64,000 bases of DNA from Candidatus Gottesmanbacteria bacterium (GTDB lineage: Bacteria > Patescibacteriota > Microgenomatia > UBA10105 > UBA927), in contig JAHFKN010000001.1 in assembly GCA_023245355.1 (NCBI GenBank), positions 203,528-267,527 of the forward strand, written 5' to 3'. Below, one piece after another: positions 1 to 8,983 of the stretch (position 1 is its first letter; each line of letters starts with the position of its first letter). Made by a program: the position numbers and the translations under genes. Below the pieces are notes generated by a model. The model saw nothing but the letters and a program-made list of their open reading frames with translations. It did no database searches and was not told where the DNA came from.

Positions 1-171
1 AAAGCGATAAAAGGTGGAAGTCGTGTCGGACAGTTGGCGGTAGATCTCTTCGGTGGATCCGGCAGTACGTTGCTGGCAGCGCACAAATTAGGGCGTGTTT
101 GTTATCTTATGGAGCTTGACCCCAAATTCTGCGATTTGATCAGAAAACGGGCACAAAGGCTCAAAATCTGA
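1..171 (+). CDS. DNA methyltransferase (N4/N6 family), C-terminal fragment; the gene begins upstream of the window
   Basis: Frame 1 translates to KAIKGGSRVGQLAVDLFGGSGSTLLAAHKLGRVCYLMELDPKF... with a stop at 169-171. DLFGGSGST matches the FxGxGxT AdoMet-binding motif of N4/N6 DNA methylases. Confidence 0.6.
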   Translation, partial: KAIKGGSRVGQLAVDLFGGSGSTLLAAHKLGRVCYLMELDPKFCDLIRKRAQRLKI

Positions 172-206
172 GCTTACGCTCGAGTAATGGGCCCGCGTAA
201 TGCCCT

Positions 207-830
207 GTGTGGGCAGATTCAGATCAAGGTGGACCAGTTACACCTAATAAAAAACATATGGCAAAACATAAACCAAAAAAACTGCTAACACTAACTGTTG
301 AGAAGATGCCCGAAGAATCTGAGCAGCAATATGCCGCATGGCTTTTGTACTGCGAAGCTGGGAGTCAAAAGAAGACAATGGACTATTGGGATAAGGTTGG
401 GCAAACCTTGGGTGAAGTTGGTGTGGATTTCGTCCTTCGCCTGGGTAAAAAGCCAAGTCACACAACCATAGAAAATTGGTCAAAAAAATATCGTTGGCCA
501 GAGCGCCGGGACCTACGCCTTGAGGAAGAACTTGTTGAACTAAAGGACAAAGTTGATCGCTTTAGAAAGAAAAGGAAGTATCTGGTGACAGAGCTACTCA
601 TCCAATCTGTGGCTAAGGTGCAAAAACAACTCAAGCAAGCCCCTGTATCAATTCTAGAACTGAAATACTTGTGGGAAATGCATAGGACTGAGTACGACGA
701 ATCAACCGGCAAGACCGAAGTCTCCCACCGTATAGACGAGAGTGAGCAGGTACCACCCACTGACAAGGATCAGGAACTGGGCAGAGAGATAGATACAGCC
801 ATCAAAAAATATTATGACAAACAAAGATAG
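207..830 (+). CDS. Putative terminase small subunit (called by position only; the start may be the internal Met at 255)
   Basis: A 200-aa basic/acidic protein lying directly upstream of the large terminase and overlapping it by 17 nt. No diagnostic motif was seen. Confidence 0.35.
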   Translation: MWADSDQGGPVTPNKKHMAKHKPKKLLTLTVEKMPEESEQQYAAWLLYCEAGSQKKTMDYWDKVGQTLGEVGVDFVLRLGKKPSHTTIENWSKKYRWPERRDLRLEEELVELKDKVDRFRKKRKYLVTELLIQSVAKVQKQLKQAPVSILELKYLWEMHRTEYDESTGKTEVSHRIDESEQVPPTDKDQELGREIDTAIKKYYDKQR

Positions 831-2361
831 AAGCAGTGTCTTACACTGGATACTAAACAACAAAATTAAGAATGAGAACGGCGAGCTTATCGAGTTCGAG
901 GACCACCGCTTCATGCTGGACATCTACGCAGACGAGGCGTCAGTACAGGTTATAAGGAAAGCATCCCAGGTTGGCGCCAGTACAATGGAGATCCTCAAGG
1001 TTATCCATGATTCACGCTTCTGGGGAATAAACCAGATCTATACCCTACCCACCGGGGATGACGTGCAGCAGTTCGTACAAAGCAAGGTAAACCGGATTAT
1101 AAACATCAATCCCTGCATGCTGGATGGTATCAACCCCAAGAGTGTCGACTCCATAGAGCAGAAGCAAATCGGTAAGGCTTTCACTTACTTTAAGGGCACG
1201 TTTACCGAGCGTGAGGCCATCATGCTCTCTTCTGACCGTAACATCCATGATGAGTTGGATAAATCCAAGCCTGAGGTGGTACGCGACTACACCTCGCGTA
1301 TGGGCTATTCCAAAATAAGAAGTCAGCACTTTTTCTCAACGCCAACCATTCCTGATTTTGGAGTGGATAAAATCTTTGAGCAGTCAGACCAGAAATACTG
1401 GCGCTTTAATTGCCCAAGGTGTCAGTACAGACAGCACATGGAGTGGGAGAAAAATGTTGATGAAATCCGGGGCATTTATATCTGCCAGAACTGTAAAAAG
1501 GAAATAATCCCCAAGGAAATCAATGATGGTGGCAGTTGGGAAGCCAAGTACCCTGGTAGACCAATCTCAGGCTACTGGATAAGCCAGCTCCACTGCCCTT
1601 GGAAGACAGCAGCCGATCTAATCAAAGAGAAATCAGATGCTGATGATGACACCTATTTTTATAACTTCGTCCTAGGCCTACCATACCTAGCTGCAGACCA
1701 GAAGATACCAGCCAGCTTATTTCTACGTAATGCTGTGGATAAAGAGGTGGATAACTTCGATGAATATAACGTCATGGGCATAGATACCGGCAAAGGGACT
1801 GGTAAGGGCAACCATGCCATCATAGGCAACCAGAAGGGCATCTTTTGGGTGGGAATCCTGCAAGACCACGAAGGCAATGACCGTTGGCAGCAAGCAGCCG
1901 AGCTAATCACCTTCTTCAACGTCAGGGTGGTCGTCATTGATGGCCAGCCTTATACCGAGGAGGCCTTCCTCTTAGCCAAGCAATTCCCTTATAGGGTGTA
2001 TTTATCATGGTTTAAGGATGACCCCAAGATGCTAGAGGTAATCCGCTTCTTTGACGAGAAGGAAAATAAGGATGCTGAATTTGAGGATGAGGTGAAGGTG
2101 TACTCCTCCCGCACCCGGATCATGGATGACACCATCTCTGCCCTGCGCCGGGGAGACATTAAGTTTGCCATGCCCTCTGACAGCCCTACCTTCAAGCTGC
2201 TTATCACCCATGCCCAAACCATGTACGCCAGAACGGTAACAGACAAACTGGGTCAGGCAAAGCGAGAGTGGGCCAACACTGGTCCAAATGATTTCTGGTT
2301 AGCACTTATTTATTGGCACATTGCCCTACGCAAACGACTTAAATATGAACCAAACAAATAA
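814..2361 (+). CDS. Terminase large subunit (GpA-like ATPase/nuclease)
   Basis: Deviant Walker A KASQVGAST resembles lambda gpA KSARVGYS. Cys pairs CPRCQ...CQNCKK form a zinc-ribbon. Size and position before the portal fit. Confidence 0.6.
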   Translation: MTNKDRSSVLHWILNNKIKNENGELIEFEDHRFMLDIYADEASVQVIRKASQVGASTMEILKVIHDSRFWGINQIYTLPTGDDVQQFVQSKVNRIININPCMLDGINPKSVDSIEQKQIGKAFTYFKGTFTEREAIMLSSDRNIHDELDKSKPEVVRDYTSRMGYSKIRSQHFFSTPTIPDFGVDKIFEQSDQKYWRFNCPRCQYRQHMEWEKNVDEIRGIYICQNCKKEIIPKEINDGGSWEAKYPGRPISGYWISQLHCPWKTAADLIKEKSDADDDTYFYNFVLGLPYLAADQKIPASLFLRNAVDKEVDNFDEYNVMGIDTGKGTGKGNHAIIGNQKGIFWVGILQDHEGNDRWQQAAELITFFNVRVVVIDGQPYTEEAFLLAKQFPYRVYLSWFKDDPKMLEVIRFFDEKENKDAEFEDEVKVYSSRTRIMDDTISALRRGDIKFAMPSDSPTFKLLITHAQTMYARTVTDKLGQAKREWANTGPNDFWLALIYWHIALRKRLKYEPNK

Positions 2362-2569
2362 CCCACCCAAAGTAATAACGGTCCCAGTGACAGAAGCAGA
2401 AGCCAAGATCTTGGCAGACATCCGCCGGGTGAAGTACGGACGAGTGGACGTTTATATCCAGGATGGCAAACCCTACCGTAAAGAAATCGTGGAGCAAGAG
2501 CGTATCACCCCAGAAGAAGGTGGCAGTGCGGGACAGTTCCCCCGCAAACAAGCTGGTATAGAGATTTAA
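2345..2569 (+). CDS. Small protein, DUF2292 (YezD)-like
   Basis: YGRVDVYIQDGKPYRKEIVEQERI resembles the YezD motif GSV.I.V.DGKVV.IE. The start was moved to Met 2345, just after the terminase stop. Confidence 0.3.
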   Translation: MNQTNNPPKVITVPVTEAEAKILADIRRVKYGRVDVYIQDGKPYRKEIVEQERITPEEGGSAGQFPRKQAGIEI

Positions 2570-2678
2570 TTACTCTCCTGACATAGGGATAAATTCACAA
2601 AACCCCAGCAATTCTTATATACTTAGAGCAGGAAAATGTTACTTTTCCCTAACTCGACCGTTTACTTTAATAGAAGCG

Positions 2679-3203
2679 GTGGAGAATGGATTTATTAGTA
2701 TGACGAAACCACCGTTTGAAGAGGTAGTTAAAAACTATATAAAACTAGTTTATTTCTTTGCCAAGAAATCCTTGTCTGATCAGGCAGACGTAGATGACAT
2801 GGTACAAGAAACCTTTTTGAAGGCTATGAAAACATACGATAAATTTAACTTTAAGAGTGAGGGTGAGTTGAAAAGCTGGTTATTAACCATTTGTCGCCAC
2901 CTGATCATCGATCAATTCCGCTCCCGCAAGCATACCGTGACCATGGATGACGAAAAAATGGATCTGTTTGGCAATGGTGAAACAGAAGAACTGCTGGAAG
3001 CCCAAATTGATAAAGAAGATAGCGTAAAGAAAATACAGAAGGCACTCGCCTTGTTAAAACCCACGGAAAAACAAATAATGAATCTGCGTGTATGTGAAGA
3101 GATGGAATTTAAAGAGATCGCCATTGCCCTATGTTCCAAAGAGGCTGCCGTTAAAATGCGATTTTATCGTGCATTAATTAAGCTCAAAGAATCACTGATA
3201 TGA
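2679..3203 (+). CDS. ECF-family sigma-70 factor
   Basis: Region 2 (LLTICRHLIIDQFRSRKH) and region 4 helix-turn-helix (EEMEFKEIAIALCSKEAAVKMRFYRALIKL) are both present. Confidence 0.8.
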   Translation: MENGFISMTKPPFEEVVKNYIKLVYFFAKKSLSDQADVDDMVQETFLKAMKTYDKFNFKSEGELKSWLLTICRHLIIDQFRSRKHTVTMDDEKMDLFGNGETEELLEAQIDKEDSVKKIQKALALLKPTEKQIMNLRVCEEMEFKEIAIALCSKEAAVKMRFYRALIKLKESLI

Positions 3204-4108
3204 AATTCAAAAGTATTATCAAACAAGCATTCGAGAAAGAGGAGCTAAAAGAAGCCAGACACATCGATGATCTGGAGAGCCAAATATTGATGAAGGTCCG
3301 GGCGGAGAAGACAGAAGAAGCAGAACTCAAAAGGTATTTTAGGCCAATAGAATCCTTTTGGAACTTTAAAATTCCGTATGCATTTGCCGTAGCTGTGTTG
3401 GCGGTTATATTCATTACCTTCACCACATCATCTGTTTTGGCAAAGGGTTCGGTCATGGAAATGCTGATAAACCTGAGGAACGCCCTACAACAGGAGCTGT
3501 CGCAGCTATTGAACACTGACCCAACTTATAGAGATAAAGGAACCCAGAAATACCAGCAAGCCCAAAAGGAATGGTGCTTGGTCAGCGCACGACCGGCAGA
3601 GGCGCGTGAGCAGGCGGTAGAAGCCGTAAGGGACTTCTTAGACCGGCCTGATGCCAATGTGGAGTATGAGTGTGTGCGAAACCCAAGCAATAACACGAAC
3701 GAGCAACCACAGACCGAAAGTTATATCGTCGACTTTGACCGCTTTACTATTGATACTCAAACCAATCAAATTACAGAGATGGCACCGACCGGCGGGAGAT
3801 GGGGAGAGAATAAAGACGGTACACGCTGGTTTAGTCCACAGAAGGAATACGACTACACCGCACGATATAGCCAGACTGAGGCAGAACAATTAGCCAGAAC
3901 CTTTATAGCTGACCATGAGAAGGCGTTGGGAAAGATTGATCTAAGCAAACTTACCCTAGAGAGTGGAAAGAAAGACGATGGATCCGGCAAAGTAAACTAC
4001 TTTTTCATCTGGAAAACTGATGGACAGGGTGAGGACATACCCCAGTTAAATATCTCTTATACCCAGGGTGGGCAACTCATCTCCTTCTTGAACGAATTGA
4101 TACACTGA
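3200..4108 (+). CDS. Putative anti-sigma factor, single-pass membrane protein
   Basis: Its start overlaps the sigma-factor stop (ATGA). It has a cytoplasmic N-terminus, one TM helix (YAFAVAVLAVIFITFTT) and a ~200-aa ectodomain. Confidence 0.5.
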   Translation: MKFKSIIKQAFEKEELKEARHIDDLESQILMKVRAEKTEEAELKRYFRPIESFWNFKIPYAFAVAVLAVIFITFTTSSVLAKGSVMEMLINLRNALQQELSQLLNTDPTYRDKGTQKYQQAQKEWCLVSARPAEAREQAVEAVRDFLDRPDANVEYECVRNPSNNTNEQPQTESYIVDFDRFTIDTQTNQITEMAPTGGRWGENKDGTRWFSPQKEYDYTARYSQTEAEQLARTFIADHEKALGKIDLSKLTLESGKKDDGSGKVNYFFIWKTDGQGEDIPQLNISYTQGGQLISFLNELIH

Positions 4109-4341
4109 TCCTGATTTTCTTCAGTAATCACCACTAACAAACAGCACTTGACATTCTCAAACTAATTTGTAATAGTTGATGTATGAGAAGTAAGAATAGT
4201 AAGTATTTACTTATACTACACACGCTTCGTTATCTCTTCCATAAGACATCCAGTGATTGTTCCCAAAACTCCCTTCCTTTGACAACCCAGGTTATTAGTA
4301 ATAACTGGGTTTATTTATAAATTAGTGCTTATAGAAAGGAG

Positions 4342-5145
4342 GTGAAAAATAAAAAAGCTATGAAGTATCCAAAAAGAATGTTAGTAATTCTTCCCCTACT
4401 TGCTGTCTCCGCTTTTGTCGGCTTCGGTCTCGCAAAGACTGATACCGTCGGCGCACAGCAAGACCCAAAACAGGCGAGGATAGAAACTCTGCAAAAGAAG
4501 TACCTAGACGCAGTCGAAAATGCTAAGACAAATGGTGAGTTCACCACGAACCAATTCGGCGAGAAAGTCTACGCTGGTAAAACAGCTGACGACCTAAAGA
4601 GTCTAGAGAAAGAGGTTGGTACTGAGATACGAGAACTGACAGCGCGTCCCGCTGCGGATAGAGCCAAGGCCGTTGAAGCCGTCAATGGATGGAATGATAA
4701 ATTCCTCTATACGATAGATAATCAGCCAAAGCAAACTCTCCAATATGCTGGTCGGTCAGGACAAGTTCAAGGCAGCAAACTCATTGGCGCAGAGCGGTAC
4801 TTTTCGGAAGACTATCAATTCACAATCGACCCGCAAACCAACAAAATCGTTGAGATGTATCTACGTCCCAAAGAAGTTGGCGAACCGGCAGCGTTCGAAG
4901 ACATGACCCCACGCTTTACCGAAGCTCAGTTAGAGCAAAAAGCCCGACAATTGATCGAGGCACAAAACTTAGGCGTGAATCTAAGCTCTTTGAAGTTCGA
5001 GAAAAACCATAAGGTAGGAACCTTTTTCTACACATGGGAAGGTGAAAAGATAGCAGACGGAGTACAACCCTCGCTTTACGTGGCATTCACGCAAGGTGGG
5101 CAACTGATCGGCTACATCAACGCAGGCTTTTTTGACAAACTATGA
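4342..5145 (+). CDS. Secreted protein, paralog of the anti-sigma ectodomain
   Basis: Signal peptide MKYPKRMLVILPLLAVSAFVGFGLA. Shares blocks with the 3200..4108 ectodomain: ARPAADRAKAVEAV vs ARPAEAREQAVEAV, FTIDPQTNKIVEM vs FTIDTQTNQITEM, FTQGGQLIGYIN vs YTQGGQLISFLN. Confidence 0.6.
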   Translation: MKNKKAMKYPKRMLVILPLLAVSAFVGFGLAKTDTVGAQQDPKQARIETLQKKYLDAVENAKTNGEFTTNQFGEKVYAGKTADDLKSLEKEVGTEIRELTARPAADRAKAVEAVNGWNDKFLYTIDNQPKQTLQYAGRSGQVQGSKLIGAERYFSEDYQFTIDPQTNKIVEMYLRPKEVGEPAAFEDMTPRFTEAQLEQKARQLIEAQNLGVNLSSLKFEKNHKVGTFFYTWEGEKIADGVQPSLYVAFTQGGQLIGYINAGFFDKL

Positions 5146-5765
5146 AAAACATATTTTCAAAAATCTTAATAGCATTGGCGGTGATAGCGGTCATGGGCTT
5201 TACCAGCGTGAGTAGTGCATTGGCCTTTGGCGATGCATCTATTTACTGCACGGGTGGTGGCTACTTTGACAAATTCGGCCCCAGCCAATACTGGTCCGAA
5301 TTTACGAGTATGGGATGGTGTAACGCCCCAGCTGGCAACAACTGGTGCGAGAATGGACAATGTGCCCAAAACTCACCCTACAATACTGTGACTCGCAGTA
5401 TGTGGAGAACCTACTCAGGGAGTCAACAGAGTAACTACGCCCGTTGGAATATGGGTAACGATGGTGGTTATTGGTACTGGTTTGCCTTTATACCAAGTAA
5501 CTATGCGACCACCTCGAGGGCGCCGTATACGATTACCTACGCGGGTGGGAGCCAATACAACTTCACTGTTAACCAGAATGCTTATTCAAACATCTGGGTA
5601 ACTCCTGGTTCACGAACTGAGAATTTCACTCAGATCATGAATACATGGTTATCTGATGCGACGAGCGAAAGCCCGTCTCAGCAAATTGGTTTTGATGAGG
5701 TTCAGAAATGTTCTGAAGCAAGTCAATACAGTGCTTATTGTCCAGGCAACCATACCAGAAGGTAA
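5142..5765 (+). CDS. Secreted Cys/Trp/Tyr-rich protein, unknown function
   Basis: Signal peptide ILIALAVIAVMGFTSVSSALA. Start is translationally coupled to the previous gene (ATGA). The mature part is rich in C, W, Y and N. Confidence 0.5.
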   Translation: MKNIFSKILIALAVIAVMGFTSVSSALAFGDASIYCTGGGYFDKFGPSQYWSEFTSMGWCNAPAGNNWCENGQCAQNSPYNTVTRSMWRTYSGSQQSNYARWNMGNDGGYWYWFAFIPSNYATTSRAPYTITYAGGSQYNFTVNQNAYSNIWVTPGSRTENFTQIMNTWLSDATSESPSQQIGFDEVQKCSEASQYSAYCPGNHTRR

Positions 5766-5848
5766 TGGAGGAAGGTCAGGGCCAGCCCGTCAAAAGGCTG
5801 GCCTGACCCAGCAGAGAAAGAATATTTAAACTAAAATAAAAATGCAAT

Positions 5849-6391
5849 ATGAGAAATAAAAAGATAAACATCAAGGAAATAATCCTGATCGCTATTGCCT
5901 GCCTGGTAGTGACAACTGGCTCATATGCGATCTTTACCCATAAAGACAGTAGATTTGAGGCGGTAGACTTGGCCAACAGAACCGAGGATAAAGGAGTAGA
6001 AGATTACTTTGTCGAGAAACTTGGTATGAACGGCGAAGAAGCCAAGAAGTTTGCCGATCAAGGGGTGTCGTTTTATATCACTGGCACTACCAACCTGGAT
6101 GCTATTATCAGCAATCTCCATTACTATGGCCTGATTAAGGACGAGAAGGCCTTCAGAGAGGCATTGGCAAAAACTAAAGACACGCTGCCCGGTAATGAGA
6201 ATGCAATTAAAATAGGTAACAACACTATTGATATTCACGCTTACTATGGCCTGAAGAAGGGGCTCACCGCCTGGCAAGTAGCAGATGTACTACTTAATCA
6301 CCCGGTTTATTTGAAGGGTGAGGAATATAATTACATGTTTATGCCCGGAGAGTACTATGGTGATGCTGCCCAGAACACACCAGCACGATGA
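5849..6391 (+). CDS. Secreted or membrane-anchored protein, unknown function
   Basis: N-terminal hydrophobic segment IILIAIACLVVTTGSYAIF. Same strand as the rest of the cassette. Confidence 0.4.
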   Translation: MRNKKINIKEIILIAIACLVVTTGSYAIFTHKDSRFEAVDLANRTEDKGVEDYFVEKLGMNGEEAKKFADQGVSFYITGTTNLDAIISNLHYYGLIKDEKAFREALAKTKDTLPGNENAIKIGNNTIDIHAYYGLKKGLTAWQVADVLLNHPVYLKGEEYNYMFMPGEYYGDAAQNTPAR

Positions 6392-6416
6392 TAGTAAAAT
6401 TTAGTAGAATACGCTT

Positions 6417-6986
6417 ATGAAGTTAAAAACATTTTTAGTCTGTATCGCAACAATTATTGCCTTAGGTTTTATCATTAAAAACTTCACTGGCAATAACTCA
6501 AAGCAGTCACCCTCCCCTGCGCCTGCTGAGGTAACCAAAACCACACCTGATGCTGTACTGAAACCAGGTAGATCTCTCAAACCAAACGAGGAGTTTATAT
6601 CACCCTTCGGTTTATATGTAACTGTCCCCAAAGATATGACCTTCAGAAAAGAAGTAGCTGACGATGAAGGTATTATTCGTACAGTTGGGTTTTATATCGA
6701 AAACAGCAGTAAAGATAATCCCTATATGCTGTACGGATTATACGAAGCCAAAAATGTCGCCATTGATCAAACCATGGCAAGTGCCAAAAAAGATATGGTC
6801 GCCTCGACAATTAAAGACATAACAATCGGCGGGTATAAAGGTGTCGAAGGATTAATAACCGGCGACAAAACCAGATATATGGCAGTCATCGTCAAAGACG
6901 GCAAAAAGATCACCTTCTCGACTATTCCACCAACCGAAAGCAATAAAGTCATCACTGATCAGCTCCTCTCCACCTTCAGTTTTTAA
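6417..6986 (+). CDS. Secreted or membrane-anchored protein, unknown function
   Basis: N-terminal hydrophobic segment FLVCIATIIALGFII followed by a Ser/Pro-rich linker. Confidence 0.4.
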   Translation: MKLKTFLVCIATIIALGFIIKNFTGNNSKQSPSPAPAEVTKTTPDAVLKPGRSLKPNEEFISPFGLYVTVPKDMTFRKEVADDEGIIRTVGFYIENSSKDNPYMLYGLYEAKNVAIDQTMASAKKDMVASTIKDITIGGYKGVEGLITGDKTRYMAVIVKDGKKITFSTIPPTESNKVITDQLLSTFSF

Positions 6987-7050
6987 ATAACTTCTGACAG
7001 AAACGTTCTTGAAACAGACAATCTTCCCTTTGTAATATTGAAGCATAACT

Positions 7051-7124
7051 AGTTAGCCTAACGAATCAGTCGGGGCTTAGATTTATTTATTCGTAAAGAA
7101 TAGATGAACCTAAGCCCCTTTTTT
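7051..7124 (+). promoter_or_regulatory. Conserved box (GTTAG-C-CTAAC GAA N4 TCGGGGCT), long hairpin and U-run; copy 1
   Basis: Box at 7051-7076. Hairpin ggggcttag (7072-7080) pairs with ctaagcccc (7110-7118), then tttttt at 7119-7124. The same layout recurs at 14381-14461. Confidence 0.45.
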
Positions 7125-8978
7125 GTTATCTCTATGCCAGAAGTCATTGAAGAAAAAATATCAACCGAAAAAAACTACCAGCCTACCCCTGAAGAAGAAA
7201 AACTACTCATAAAATGGAAGGCCAGATTTAAACGTGCTAAAGAATTCCGTGAACCTTACCAAGCCAAGTGGTTGCGGATGTACCAACTCTACCGTGCCTA
7301 TCAACACAAGCAGAACTACGCTTATAACACCCGGCTGATGCCGCCGATCGCTTTTGAGATTGTTAAAACAGTGGTCTCTCGGTTGGCCACCGCTAAGCGC
7401 AAGACCACTATTATTCCCAGACACCAAGAGGATGTGAATTCAAAGGCATTAGGATCTTGGGGAAATCTGGTCAACTACGACTTTGACATTATTGATCTGA
7501 TCAAACGATTGCCTAACTGGATCGAATCTTCCGTTCTTTATGGAAACGGTATCGTTAAGCTTGCCTGGAAAGTCCTGAGTCGAAACGGCAAGGTAGTCTA
7601 TGACGATCCAACCATGGGACTTATTGACCTATGGGAACTGCTCCCAGCTCCAGAGACTGCAGATGACCTCCAGGATGGTTGCCCGTGGCTGATTCATCGT
7701 ATCGTTAAGCGGAAGGAAAAGATTGAAAAAGAAGAAACTGCCCGAGGTGAAAATAATATTTATAAGAACCTGGAGTTTTGTGAGCCGAAAATTGTTGAGG
7801 ATTGGAAAAAGGAACGGTATGAAATAAACGGTAAGAAAATGTCTCAGGTGGATGCCGGTACCAAGAAAGATGGTGGCGATGAGAAAATTGTCCCGGCCAA
7901 GTCAGACACCGAAAAACAACTAGAACTGTGGGAGTGTTGGGACTATGAAGAAGATAAACTGGTCGTTATTTGTAATGGCGAAATTCTTATTAGGGATGAC
8001 GAGAACCCATATCTGGGAGTAAACAACGGTCACATCTATGTTGACCTACCCGACATGCCACTCCTCTGGGAATTCTGGGCCACTGGCCATATCGAACCCG
8101 TCGAGACGACCATTCATGAAGTTGCTGACCTTAGAAACCAACGAATGGATGATGTGGTCTTAATGCTCGATCCTGTCGTTAAAATTCGTAAGGATTCCGG
8201 TATAACTAAAAACGATATCATCTTCTCTCCCGGCGCGACCTGGGAACTGAGAAAAATGGATGATGTGGTTATCGAAAGGCCACCAGAAATAAGCTTGATG
8301 GGAGTAAATGAAGATAAAATTATGCGAGATGAGATCTCCCGAACTCTGGCGCTTGGTGAATATATGCAAGGACAACCTCAGTCCCCCAATGAGCCGCTCG
8401 GGAAAGTGGCGGTGCTACTTGGTCAGAGTAACCTCCGATTAAGTATGAACGCCCAAAACATCGCGGTAGCACTAACCACAGTGGCCAATATCTTAATTCA
8501 ACTGAACCAGGAGTTTATAACGGAAGACAAATTATACCGGTTGGTAGGGAAAGAAGTCGACTTCAATGAGTTTAAAAAGGATGACAAAAAAGTGGTTGTG
8601 GACGCCATTGTTGAGGTGGAGCCGATTATACCTCCGGATAAAACCACGAGACTAAATCAAGTCCTTCTGATGTACGACAAGTTTATCGCCCAGGATAAGC
8701 CGGATCCGAACAATCCAGGGGAAGTAACACGCTGGTTGAAGCGTAAGCGCGAGCTTCAGAAGATGATTCTGGAAGAGCTGGATAAAGAGGAATATATAGA
8801 TGTGTTGCTGGGTCCGGAAGCAGAAGCTATGGCTCCACCTCAAACTAATAACGCACAAGCCCCCGTAACGCCAGCTGAGGGCCAAACTACACCAACAGAG
8901 CCAACTACAGCAGGTCCAAACAAAATTCAGCAGCTTATGGGAAAAATTCCAATTTTAGGGAAAATGCTGGGTGGTTAA
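7104..8978 (+). CDS. Portal (head-to-tail connector) protein; true start may be Met 7134
   Basis: About 620 aa, N-terminal EPYQAKWLRMYQLYR-type helix, Ala/Pro/Thr/Gln-rich C-terminus, placed between terminase and capsid. The track start contains the hairpin 3' arm and U-run. Confidence 0.5.
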   Translation: MNLSPFFVISMPEVIEEKISTEKNYQPTPEEEKLLIKWKARFKRAKEFREPYQAKWLRMYQLYRAYQHKQNYAYNTRLMPPIAFEIVKTVVSRLATAKRKTTIIPRHQEDVNSKALGSWGNLVNYDFDIIDLIKRLPNWIESSVLYGNGIVKLAWKVLSRNGKVVYDDPTMGLIDLWELLPAPETADDLQDGCPWLIHRIVKRKEKIEKEETARGENNIYKNLEFCEPKIVEDWKKERYEINGKKMSQVDAGTKKDGGDEKIVPAKSDTEKQLELWECWDYEEDKLVVICNGEILIRDDENPYLGVNNGHIYVDLPDMPLLWEFWATGHIEPVETTIHEVADLRNQRMDDVVLMLDPVVKIRKDSGITKNDIIFSPGATWELRKMDDVVIERPPEISLMGVNEDKIMRDEISRTLALGEYMQGQPQSPNEPLGKVAVLLGQSNLRLSMNAQNIAVALTTVANILIQLNQEFITEDKLYRLVGKEVDFNEFKKDDKKVVVDAIVEVEPIIPPDKTTRLNQVLLMYDKFIAQDKPDPNNPGEVTRWLKRKRELQKMILEELDKEEYIDVLLGPEAEAMAPPQTNNAQAPVTPAEGQTTPTEPTTAGPNKIQQLMGKIPILGKMLGG

Positions 8979-8983
8979 AATGA

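Noticed and set aside
244-923. Minus-strand ORFs 244..483, 458..766 and 702..923
   Set aside because: They are antisense to the small and large terminase genes and show low-complexity Ser/Leu-rich translations.
7104-7133. ORF-track start codon of the portal gene
   Set aside because: The first 21 nt (atgaacctaagcccctttttt) form the 3' arm and U-run of the upstream hairpin. Met 7134 is the more plausible start. The same logic applies to ileS at 55812 versus 55794.
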